64,000 bases of DNA, taken from NCBI GenBank assembly GCA_903944135.1, contig CAJAQL010000016.1, positions 1,903-65,902 of the forward strand, written 5' to 3'. A model generated the notes under the pieces. That model was given only the letters and a program-made list of their open reading frames with translations, was not told the DNA's origin and did no database searches. This DNA comes from an uncultured Parcubacteria group bacterium (GTDB lineage: Bacteria; Patescibacteriota; Minisyncoccia; UBA6257; 2-01-FULL-56-20). The translations under genes and the position numbers were made by a program. Within the stretch, counting starts at the first letter, position 1; each line of letters opens with the position of its first letter. This document shows, piece after piece, positions 42,541 to 50,757 of this stretch.

Positions 42541-43311
42541 ATGCTAAAACTTATTTCTTTGAATGTTGAAGGATCGAAGCACTGGGATCGCATCGATCCT
42601 TTTTTAAACGAACAGAATGCCGATGTTATCTGCCTACAGGAAGTCTTCAAAAAAGATCTGTCCCATATCGAGCAACGTCTGCACATGCGATCATTGTTCG
42701 CGGCGATGACATTGCGCCATTACAATTTCTCGGATGAAAAATCTCCCTATGAAACGATGGGTATTGCCATACTGTCACGTTTGCCGATGCGCGCTGAAAA
42801 AGCACAATACTATCACGCACCCTCAAAAGAATTGCGACAGCTCGATAACAGCAACGAATACACCCAGGATGCAAGCATATGGCGCGCGCTTCTCTCAATA
42901 AACATAGATCGTGACGGCGAAGCGTTCACTATCGCAACCACGCACTTCACCTGGACGCCCGACGGTCTTCCGCGGGATTATCAATACGCCGCGGCCCATG
43001 CGCTCCTTGCGCTCCTCGAAGAAATGCCCGGTGTTGCGCTCTGCGGCGATTTCAACATACCTCGCGGGATCAATGACGTCTATAAGCTCTTTTCAGAGAA
43101 ATATCGTGACGCGATCCCCTCCTCGTACGCTGCCAGTCTTGATTTAACATTCCATAGGGCAAAAGATAATCCTCGTGCTGCGGAAGAAATGGCGAAATAC
43201 ATGGTTGACTATCTCTTTCTTTCGAAAGGCTACAGCGCAGAAAATGTCCGGCTCCATGCCGGTGTAAGCGATCACTGCGCGATCATCGCCTCATTATCCG
43301 CTCACGGATAA
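42541..43311 (+). CDS. Endonuclease/exonuclease/phosphatase (EEP) family protein
   Basis: LKLISLNVEG...ADVICLQEV...GDFNIPRG...SDHCAIIA, the EEP catalytic motifs. The ORF-track start at 42493 is extended; the ATG at 42541 is preferred. Confidence 0.78.
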   Translation: MLKLISLNVEGSKHWDRIDPFLNEQNADVICLQEVFKKDLSHIEQRLHMRSLFAAMTLRHYNFSDEKSPYETMGIAILSRLPMRAEKAQYYHAPSKELRQLDNSNEYTQDASIWRALLSINIDRDGEAFTIATTHFTWTPDGLPRDYQYAAAHALLALLEEMPGVALCGDFNIPRGINDVYKLFSEKYRDAIPSSYAASLDLTFHRAKDNPRAAEEMAKYMVDYLFLSKGYSAENVRLHAGVSDHCAIIASLSAHG

Positions 43312-43372
43312 AAATGAGATCCCATCTCTTGGCGAGAAACGGGATCCCAAAAAACTTCTTCATCGCGCACCG

Positions 43373-43798
43373 TTATCCGCGATGCACTTTGTCGCCCACG
43401 CGAACGCGTTTCGGAACCTTGATGCCGATCTGCTTGCCTTTCGGAGCTATCGTTATCGGCTTGTGGTCATACTGCATTGACTTGATCGGATGCTTGAAAT
43501 CGGTCGTGGCGCCCCTGAAATAAAGCACCGCGCCAAGCGGCACTTTTTCCCTGAACCGTACGATGGCAACGCTGATCTCGTTATAGAAATGCGTTACGAT
43601 GCCGATCGGCTTGCTGCCGTTCTTCTTCTTTTTTGCCGGCGCGGATTTTCTTATAACTCTCTTCTTAGTTTTCTTGGCGACTTTTTTAACGGTTGCCTTT
43701 TTTGCACGCACCGACTTCTTTTTCGCCGTTACTTTTTTTGCAGGCTTTCGTTTCGGCGCTATCTTCTTTTTTAAAACCTTTTTCGTTTTCTTTTTCAT
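43373..43798 (-). CDS. Lysine-rich histone H1-like N-terminal tail fused to a small beta-barrel (EF-Tu domain-2-like) C-terminal domain
   Basis: The N-terminal 65 aa are more than 45% Lys/Arg/Ala in KKxxAKK repeats. The C-terminus IGIVTHFYNEISVAIVRF...GIKVPKRVRVGDKV looks like a translation-protein beta-barrel. Confidence 0.45.
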   Translation of the reverse strand: MKKKTKKVLKKKIAPKRKPAKKVTAKKKSVRAKKATVKKVAKKTKKRVIRKSAPAKKKKNGSKPIGIVTHFYNEISVAIVRFREKVPLGAVLYFRGATTDFKHPIKSMQYDHKPITIAPKGKQIGIKVPKRVRVGDKVHRG

Positions 43799-43857
43799 GT
43801 GATTACTGTATCACCCCAAATACCGATCCCTCCTGCCGCTCCCGAAACGCAACTTCT

Positions 43858-44433
43858 TTATTCTATCCCCAGCTCATCTTCCTCCTTCTTGAGCATGGCG
43901 ACCACCTTTTCGAAGAGCGCCTTGGGATCAGTATCGAAGACGACCTTTCCCATGCCGCGATGCGCATCTTCGAGTATTTTTTTGATATCATCCGTCGTTC
44001 CGCCGGTACCAAGAAGAACACCCTGCGGCTTTCCGTCCTCAAAGGCGTCCGTGAACTCATTGAGCGTTCCGATCCTGCCGCCGACATAGATGACGGCATC
44101 CGCAGAGCGGGTAAAGATAAGGTTGCGTTCGGAATATCCGCCGCCGACATAGATGATAAGATCGTGGTAATCAACGGGAAGATGGTACGTCTCCACGTGC
44201 TCACGCTTGGTCGCGGCAGGAGAAATGCCGATAACGATCCCGCCGGCTTCCTTCGCACCTTTCGCGGCCCAATACGGCGCGCCTGTCGTGGCGCCATCCA
44301 CCATCACCATGCCTGCTTCCGCGATAAGGCGCCCCAATAGTTCGACTTCGGGCATCTCGTTCGCATTCATGAATTCCGTTTCCGCTGCACCCGAGACCGC
44401 GATTTTAAATTTTAAATGATAATCAGGATTCAT
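43858..44433 (-). CDS. LOG/TIGR00725-family Rossmann-fold protein (lysine-decarboxylase-like / cytokinin riboside 5'-monophosphate phosphoribohydrolase family)
   Basis: IAVSGAAE...IYVGGGYSE...IYVGGRIGTLNE, characteristic of LOG/TIGR00725. The ATG at 44433 is preferred over the ORF-track start at 44487. Confidence 0.7.
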   Translation of the reverse strand: MNPDYHLKFKIAVSGAAETEFMNANEMPEVELLGRLIAEAGMVMVDGATTGAPYWAAKGAKEAGGIVIGISPAATKREHVETYHLPVDYHDLIIYVGGGYSERNLIFTRSADAVIYVGGRIGTLNEFTDAFEDGKPQGVLLGTGGTTDDIKKILEDAHRGMGKVVFDTDPKALFEKVVAMLKKEEDELGIE

Positions 44434-44469
44434 AACGATAATGATGTTTATTTTTATTCTGATGTTTGC

Positions 44470-44595
44470 GATATCCCTCTCTGTCATCCCGTTGCAAGCT
44501 TGTCCCGTGCGCCGACGCGGGAACGGGATCCGGAGTTATTGTTCTCTCCTGGGTCCCGGCTTCCCGCCTCCGCGGGGGCAAGCTTCGCCGGGATG
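44470..44595. repeat. MITE/REP-like GC-rich palindromic intergenic element with terminal inverted repeats GTCATCCCG...CGGGATGAC
   Basis: Internal hairpin CCCGC-CTCC-GCGGG and a duplicated GCAAGCTTG motif. Related copies occur at 23941..24015, 48025..48095, 49905..49980, 34291..34330 and 63976..64000. Confidence 0.5.
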
Positions 44596-44605
44596 ACAAG
44601 TGTTC

Positions 44606-45952
44606 CTATAGTTCAACCTCCTCTCCCAGCGTCGGCACCTCGGATGCGATCGCGAGGTCATCGCGGATCTTTGCCGCGAGGACTTCGCTGGATGCCTGTT
44701 CGCCCTGCACGACGAAAACTTTCTTCAACGTTCCGCGCGATGTCCTGAGCCACGAAAGAAGATGCGGTTGATCGGCATGCGCCGAAAATCCCGCGATATT
44801 CACCTTCTTGCACCGCACCGGAATGGTCGTACCGAAGATCGAAACCTCCGGCGCGCCCTCGAGTATCCGTCTTCCAAGCGAATCCTCCGCCTGATAGCCA
44901 ACGAACAGGATCGTGCTCCGCGGATCGGGGAGATAACGGATCTCGTGATGGAGGATGCGGCCGCCGTTCGACATGCCGGCACCCGCCATAATGATCTTCG
45001 GCGGCTCGATATCGTTGATGCGTTTCGATTGTTCAGTCGTGAGCGTAAGCTGAAGCTCCGGAAAATTCAAAATATCATCGCCGCCGCGCTCAAGTATCTG
45101 AACGTCCTTATTGAAATAGCTTTCATACTTTTTGTAGACGGCAGTGAGCTTGATCGCCAGAGGACTATCGATGAAAACCGGCACTATAGGGATGCGGCCC
45201 TGCTCGAAAAGCTGATGGAGGAAAAAGAGAAGGTCCTGCGTGCGCTCCATGGCGAATGTCGGGATCATGAGCGTTCCGCCCGCCGCGACCGTATCCTCGA
45301 TTGCGCGCTCCAAGAGATCGCGGCGCTCCGCCACGTCTTCATGCACACGATCGCCATAGGTCGATTCGATCAGGCAATAATCGACCTCCGGCAATGCTTC
45401 CGTCGGCTTGATGATCGGCGCCGGCGAATTGCCGAGATCGCCGGAAAAAGCGATTGTCTTTCCTTCTGCCTTCACGATGATGAACGCCGACCCTAAGATA
45501 TGTCCCGCGTCATACAGTTCGACCGTGAACGGCCCTACGGTGACCGGCGTGTGATACCTGAGCTTCTGCCACTGCGCGAGAACCGCAGTGATATCGTCGT
45601 CATTATAAAGCGGCTCCTTTTTCTCACGCTCGGCCTCAGACAAAAGCAGATGTTCTGAATCATACAGCATAAGATCGGCAAAATCCTTGGTTGCCGGCGT
45701 CGCATAGATCGTTCCCTTGAAACCCGCCTTTACCAAGCTCGGTAAACGGCCGATATGGTCCAAGTGCGAATGCGTGATAAAGACCGCCGCAATGCTCTTG
45801 GGGTCGTAAGCGAAGGGTTCGAAGTTTTCCTTGTCCGCATAATGACCTCCTTGATGCAGGCCGCAATCGATCATAATGCGCACGTCGCCAGACTCAAGAA
45901 TATAGTTCGCGCCCGTCGCCTCGCCCGTACCGCCATGAAAAGTAAGTTTCAT
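44606..45952 (-). CDS. Metallo-beta-lactamase/beta-CASP family ribonuclease (bacterial CPSF-73-like, TTHA0252 type)
   Basis: MKLTFHGGTGEATGANYILE...IDCG..QG... and HxHxDH (FITHSHLDHIGRLP), with beta-CASP motifs downstream. ATG at 45952. Confidence 0.8.
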   Translation of the reverse strand: MKLTFHGGTGEATGANYILESGDVRIMIDCGLHQGGHYADKENFEPFAYDPKSIAAVFITHSHLDHIGRLPSLVKAGFKGTIYATPATKDFADLMLYDSEHLLLSEAEREKKEPLYNDDDITAVLAQWQKLRYHTPVTVGPFTVELYDAGHILGSAFIIVKAEGKTIAFSGDLGNSPAPIIKPTEALPEVDYCLIESTYGDRVHEDVAERRDLLERAIEDTVAAGGTLMIPTFAMERTQDLLFFLHQLFEQGRIPIVPVFIDSPLAIKLTAVYKKYESYFNKDVQILERGGDDILNFPELQLTLTTEQSKRINDIEPPKIIMAGAGMSNGGRILHHEIRYLPDPRSTILFVGYQAEDSLGRRILEGAPEVSIFGTTIPVRCKKVNIAGFSAHADQPHLLSWLRTSRGTLKKVFVVQGEQASSEVLAAKIRDDLAIASEVPTLGEEVEL

Positions 45953-46030
45953 AAATTTTTTTCTGCCGGTCCAGCCCATTAAAAGACTCGGAATAAACTT
46001 GGGCAGGAATCCATATTTTTATATTGTTAT

Positions 46031-46213
46031 TCTAGAACCTATCTCAAAACTATTCCAGCCCGCGTTGCGGAATATTTCCGCGGAGCGCAAGGCGCAACGA
46101 GGGAAGCGTAGCCGGGCTACACTGACCGAGGAGCAACGCAGCGATCCGCGGAAAGAGCCGAATCCTTCGGGATCAGCCGATCCCGCGAACGGAATAGTTT
46201 TGAGATAGGTTCT
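46031..46213. repeat. 183 bp element bounded by perfect 24 bp terminal inverted repeats (TAGAACCTATCTCAAAACTATTCC), with a GC-rich structured interior. Either a MITE-like element or a structured RNA
   Basis: Left TIR at 46031..46054 and right TIR at 46190..46213. The interior has several hairpins, including GATCC-TTCG-GGATC (a UUCG tetraloop). A degenerate relative (TAGAACCTAGAACCTATTCC...GGATAGGTCT) sits at 32165..32215. Confidence 0.5.
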
Positions 46214-46285
46214 ATTCCTCATTTGATTTTGTAGACAAATCACGATAACCTATAATCTGAGTAAATTGAGAAAGGGAGATATCGA

Positions 46286-46516
46286 ATGCCCACTCTGGTA
46301 CTTTCGGATATGTTCCCAACGCGGTGCATGTCGGCACAAAAACGCCGCCACAGCACGTCGCATGCGCCAAACCCAGTGCCACCGGCACTGCGAGTCACGG
46401 CTACCGCAACCCCCGTTAAGATGCAGGCGAAGCAACCGCCCGACAACTCGCAACCCGGCTGGCAGGATCGCAAGGTCGATCGACGACCGGTCAACGGCGG
46501 CGGCTACCGCTGCTAG
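46286..46516 (+). CDS. Candidate small protein (76 aa), GC-rich, with its own promoter, SD and terminator
   Basis: TTGTAG-16-TATAAT promoter at about 46225..46252, SD AAAGGGAG 8 nt before the ATG, and a GCCCGTTCC-N7-GGAACGGGC hairpin right after the stop. The product MPTLVLSDMFPTRCMS...NGGGYRC has no TM and 2 Cys. Confidence 0.35.
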   Translation: MPTLVLSDMFPTRCMSAQKRRHSTSHAPNPVPPALRVTATATPVKMQAKQPPDNSQPGWQDRKVDRRPVNGGGYRC

Positions 46517-46705
46517 CCAGCACGACAATGGCCCGTTCCTGATTCTAGGAACGGGCCATGAATTTTATCATCGGGGTCAAACCATAAATTTTTAAAACAG
46601 CGAAGTCCGGCTTCGATAAAAAATCGTTCCCATATCGGCGCACGGGATAAACTTTCAACGGAACGACGGATATCGCCTCACTCATATGAATGAGGCGATC
46701 AGAAA

Positions 46706-48019
46706 TCAATCTTTTATTTTTTCCTTCAGCGCATTCTCGAATTCCTGCCGCTCGTTCCACGGAATTCTTTTGCCGGCCGCAAGATGCATCCAATCCTCGC
46801 TTCCCTTGCCGGTACCGATCACCACGTCTCCGTCCTTCATCTCGGCGACGGCCTGCTGGATCGCTTCATGGCGATCCAGAATTTTTACAACGTCCGGTCG
46901 CGGATACGGCAATGTTGCAATGCCAGCCTCGATCTCATCGAGTATCTTCTCCGGATCCTCGTTATAGGGATCCTCGTTCGTTAGAAATATCTTATCGCAA
47001 TAATGTGCCGCGATCTTTCCCATCTCCGGACGCTTCCACGTGTCCCGACCCGTACGCCTGTCACCAGTAGCACCGACCGATCCCAGAATGCAGATGAGGC
47101 GCGGTTCGGCATAGTTCGGCGTCGGCCGTGGCTGTACGGCACGGTAGGCGGCTTCAAGCGAATCCGGCGTATGCGCATAATCAACGATTGCTGTGAGTCC
47201 CCTCGAACGGACGAACTCCATCCTTCCCGGTACACCCTCGAAATTCGTGATCGCATCGGCGATCATCCTGCCCGGAATGCCGATCTCGCGCGCCACGGCA
47301 ACAGCCAATGCGACATTCTCTTCATTAAAATCGCTCATCAGGAATTTCTTCGTCGGCTCGCCCTGCAAAGAACGCATCGGACTTAATTTCGGAAGGTATT
47401 GCCTGATCCATTCGTCGTCCTTGCCGTAGGTCAACGTCCGGTCGCCCGGCAATGCATCCCGGAAAAACTCGAAATATTTATCGTCGCGGTTCAAAAAAAC
47501 CATGCCGCCTTTCCTGAGAACATGACTCAGGAACGAAAGCTTCGCAGCGCGATAATTTTCGAACGAGCCATGCGATTCGATGTGTTCCGGCGCAAGATTC
47601 GTGATCGCGCCAATGTTCCAATTGATGAAACGGTGCCGATGCGCCACAACACCCTGCGACGTAACTTCGACCAAGGCATAATTGCATCCTGCCGCCACGG
47701 CGCGTGCCAGGAATTTCTGGATATAGCCGCGCCCCGGCATTGAATTGCCAAGCGTATTCTTTCCGCTCTCCTCGCCGACCTTCATGCGATACGACCCAAG
47801 AAGCGCCGTTTTTTTTCCCGCTGCTTCAAGAATGGCATTCACAAGCTCGATGGTCGTCGTCTTCCCCTTTGTCCCCGTGATGCCGATGACGAATATTTTT
47901 TCGCTCGGATGGCCGTGTAACTTTGCTCCGAACCATGACCATGAGAAATGGTACGCCGAGAACGCCCCAGGAAGATTATGGAAAAACTGAGCAAATTTTG
48001 AATCTTTTATGTTTGACAT
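46706..48019 (-). CDS. murE: Mur ligase family protein (MurE-like UDP-N-acetylmuramoyl-tripeptide synthetase), lacking the usual N-terminal domain
   Basis: GITGTKGKTTT P-loop, ...NLAPEHIESHGSFENYRAAK (the DHLD..HG region) and a C-terminal Mur ligase domain. At 437 aa it is shorter than a typical MurE. Confidence 0.7.
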   Translation of the reverse strand: MSNIKDSKFAQFFHNLPGAFSAYHFSWSWFGAKLHGHPSEKIFVIGITGTKGKTTTIELVNAILEAAGKKTALLGSYRMKVGEESGKNTLGNSMPGRGYIQKFLARAVAAGCNYALVEVTSQGVVAHRHRFINWNIGAITNLAPEHIESHGSFENYRAAKLSFLSHVLRKGGMVFLNRDDKYFEFFRDALPGDRTLTYGKDDEWIRQYLPKLSPMRSLQGEPTKKFLMSDFNEENVALAVAVAREIGIPGRMIADAITNFEGVPGRMEFVRSRGLTAIVDYAHTPDSLEAAYRAVQPRPTPNYAEPRLICILGSVGATGDRRTGRDTWKRPEMGKIAAHYCDKIFLTNEDPYNEDPEKILDEIEAGIATLPYPRPDVVKILDRHEAIQQAVAEMKDGDVVIGTGKGSEDWMHLAAGKRIPWNERQEFENALKEKIKD

Positions 48020-48105
48020 GTTGACGTGTCGTCCCCGTGAAAACGGGGACCCAGGCGGAAAATCCTGGATTCCCGCCTTCGCGGGAATGACAATTCTTTA
48101 AATTT

Positions 48106-48687
48106 TTATCTTCTTCCGCTGAGCAGCCGCAACGCTTCCTTCAAGCGTGCCTCCACTCCTTCGATCTCCCTTGGTACTTTCAAAAGCGCTTCTCGGGCCT
48201 CTTCCCGGCGGTATCCCAAATTTGAAAGCGCTTCGACAAGATCGACGTCCGTATCCATTTTTTCAACAACGGCACCGGAATGCAATGATGCAACCTTGCT
48301 TCTCAATTCCACGATGATGCGTTCCGCCGTTTTTCTGCCGATACCCGATGCCTTCGTCAAGAGATCAGGGCGCCCCTCGTGGATCGCCGCCGCAAGCTCT
48401 TCAAGTTCGGCGATATCAATGATGGAAAGCGCTGATTTCGGTCCCACGCCCGAAACGGAGATCAGAAGCTCAAAAAAAGAGCGCTCATTTTCAGAGAGAA
48501 AACCATAAAGCTCCATCGCATCCTCGCGGACATGAAAATGCGTAAAAAGCCGAATATTGCTTCCGACGGCACCGCCGCGACGGATCGTCCGCTCGCTGGC
48601 AAAGATCCTGAATCCGACCCCGCCCGTTTCCACGGCAAAAAAATTATCCCCTTTAAAAATCAGTTTTCCGGAAATGCTATAGAGCAT
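48106..48687 (-). CDS. ruvA: Holliday junction branch migration protein RuvA
   Basis: OB-fold N-terminus, HhH pairs (LISVSGVGPKSALSII...LTKASGIGRKTAERII) and a C-terminal domain III. ATG at 48687. Confidence 0.88.
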   Translation of the reverse strand: MLYSISGKLIFKGDNFFAVETGGVGFRIFASERTIRRGGAVGSNIRLFTHFHVREDAMELYGFLSENERSFFELLISVSGVGPKSALSIIDIAELEELAAAIHEGRPDLLTKASGIGRKTAERIIVELRSKVASLHSGAVVEKMDTDVDLVEALSNLGYRREEAREALLKVPREIEGVEARLKEALRLLSGRR

Positions 48688-48804
48688 AAAGACATTATAA
48701 GGCGTTTTGCTCTGTCGTGCGACCGGCCATGAGATGACAGATATAAAATCGGGCTTCGATGGCAACTGCCGTCGAAGCCCGATACACCTGGATTAAAATG
48801 ACCG

Positions 48805-49398
48805 CTATCCGGCGGTAGCCACTCGGCATCGCCGATCAAACCTGCTGGTTGGGCTCCATATGGGAGCAAATTTCAGATCCCATCGACCCGTGCCGTTGTT
48901 CTTGCAGATATACGGCGTGTTTTCGATGCCATTTTCATCGATCACCGTTAAAGCGGAACCGTCGATCGAAAACTCTCCGAGGAACGACAGGAACACCGGA
49001 TAGTCGTCCTGATGCGCAACTATCCATGCGAGCTGCTGGAAACCCAGAAGACGCCACAAGCCCGACAGAACGAGGCGCCGCTGGTATTCAGGGCCGCCCA
49101 CTGAAAGCTCGCCCTTATCGAGTACCGTCGCAAGCCGGAGCGTGACCGGTCCGCTGGGTGAAAAATCCCGCACGATCTTACTGACATAGGGATAATTGCA
49201 GGGATAGTCCCCGCGGACATCGGCAAGCGTTGGTCTCGGAAGGGCCGGGATCTTGATTGATATCTCATCATTCGTCTCGCAGAGAAAATCCCGTCGTAGC
49301 TGCGAATGACGGCGATGCGTGAACCAAAGATGGATAGTGAAAAAAATTCGCTTCACGAAAGCTGCGATCGCTGTTCTTGATCTGCGCGCCATACTCAT
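48805..49398 (-). CDS. Hypothetical protein of unknown function
   Basis: 197 aa. A strong SD GGGAGG sits 5 nt upstream of the ATG at 49398, and the sequence has protein-like composition. Confidence 0.45.
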   Translation of the reverse strand: MSMARRSRTAIAAFVKRIFFTIHLWFTHRRHSQLRRDFLCETNDEISIKIPALPRPTLADVRGDYPCNYPYVSKIVRDFSPSGPVTLRLATVLDKGELSVGGPEYQRRLVLSGLWRLLGFQQLAWIVAHQDDYPVFLSFLGEFSIDGSALTVIDENGIENTPYICKNNGTGRWDLKFAPIWSPTSRFDRRCRVATAG

Positions 49399-49611
49399 GA
49401 TACCTCCCCGCCGTTTCCACTGTGGGATTTTCGATCACAGATGATCGAAGAGTGGGTTACAGCTTTCAATTCACGAACCCCTCCATAAAACTGAAAGCTG
49501 CAACCCACTTTGCCAAAAATCTGGCCTAACTTTAGCGTAATTTTCGATTATACGTCAAGATGCTTGTCATTTTAAGAAATAGAGATATAATGAAACCCAT
49601 CAACAAAACTT

Positions 49612-49872
49612 ATGCCTATTACTTCATCAGCAAAAAAAGCGCTTCGGCAGTCAAAAACACGCCGTGAGCGGAATATCAAGAAAAAAGAGGCTTATAAAGG
49701 AGCCGTGAAGACATATCGCAAGCTCGTTGCCGAAAAAAAGTGGGACGATGCTTCCGCAAAGCTCTCTTCCGTTTACCAGTCCGTCGACAAAGCCGCGAAA
49801 ACGAAAGTCATCGCAACGAACAAAGCGCGCCGCATCAAATCGCGACTTTCAAAACTTATTCCGAAAAAGTAA
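49612..49872 (+). CDS. rpsT: 30S ribosomal protein S20
   Basis: MPITSSAKKALRQSKTRRERNIKKK...ATNKARRIKSRL, classic S20. 86 aa. Confidence 0.92.
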   Translation: MPITSSAKKALRQSKTRRERNIKKKEAYKGAVKTYRKLVAEKKWDDASAKLSSVYQSVDKAAKTKVIATNKARRIKSRLSKLIPKK

Positions 49873-49883
49873 CAAATAAAAAA

Positions 49884-49912
49884 ACCTCGCTTTGCGAGGT
49901 CTTTTATTTGTC
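49884..49912 (+). terminator. Rho-independent terminator after rpsT
   Basis: AAAAAACCTCGC-TTT-GCGAGGTCTTTTATTTG. Confidence 0.75.
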
Positions 49913-50069
49913 ATCCTCGCCTCCGCCGGAGCCAGTGCCCATAAAGGCGGGCACAGAGGGTGGACTTCGGCGAGGATCCCGTGCGGTAAGAATGAAAAGT
50001 AGCCCGGGAGCGCAGATCGCTCCGCCGCAGCGGAACGATAATGACAGAGAAATATGCTATAATAACCTC

Positions 50070-50438
50070 ATGCGTGGAATTTTGAAATTCGTCCTCATTG
50101 TCGCGGGAAACGTGCTGGCGCTCTGGCTCGCAAATCTTTACGTGCCAGGTTTTGTCCTGAGCGGAACCTGGTTTCAGATTGCCTTTGTGGCGCTTATTTT
50201 TTCGCTTCTGAACGGTTTTCTCAAACCGATCCTTAAGCTTATTCTCGGTCCCGTCATCATTCTCACTCTCGGTATCGGCCTTCTTGTCGTGAACGCCATC
50301 ATCCTCTATGTTCTTCCGATTCTCGTGAATTACGTTGACTTTTTGCATGGAAGCATTATGATTCAGGACATTCCGGCGCTGGTTTACGCAACTCTCATCG
50401 TAAGCGCCGTGAACTTCATCATTCATCTCACTGCATAA
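50070..50438 (+). CDS. Small polytopic membrane protein (DUF360 / phage holin 4-like family)
   Basis: 123 aa with 3-4 TM helices (VLIVAGNVLALWLANLYVPGF...ILGPVIILTLGIGLLVVNAIILYVL). A TATAAT box lies 9 nt upstream of the ATG. Confidence 0.45.
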   Translation: MRGILKFVLIVAGNVLALWLANLYVPGFVLSGTWFQIAFVALIFSLLNGFLKPILKLILGPVIILTLGIGLLVVNAIILYVLPILVNYVDFLHGSIMIQDIPALVYATLIVSAVNFIIHLTA

Positions 50439-50454
50439 TTTATCACCATTCATC

Positions 50455-50673
50455 ATGATCGCAATTGCACAAATCGTTCTCGCCGTCATCATTATCGGCC
50501 TCATCCTCCTTCAAGAGCGGTCATCCGGAATGTCGGGACTTTTCGGCGGCGGGGGCGATGACAGCTATTATCAGACGCGGCGCGGCATGGAAAAGTTCGT
50601 CTTTATCGCCACTATCGTGGCATCGGTCATTTTCGTGGCGCTTGCCGCATGGCAGTTGCTTGGCGGAAGATAG
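50455..50673 (+). CDS. secG: Preprotein translocase subunit SecG
   Basis: 72 aa with two TMs bracketing a Gly-rich loop, LQERSSGMSGLFGGGGDDSY, typical of SecG. Confidence 0.78.
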   Translation: MIAIAQIVLAVIIIGLILLQERSSGMSGLFGGGGDDSYYQTRRGMEKFVFIATIVASVIFVALAAWQLLGGR

Positions 50674-50757
50674 TGATGCAAGATTTAAGAATCATGATTC
50701 AGGAGCAATCGCCTTCTTGACCTCTTGATTCATGGTCTTGAATCATCTCCCATACTT

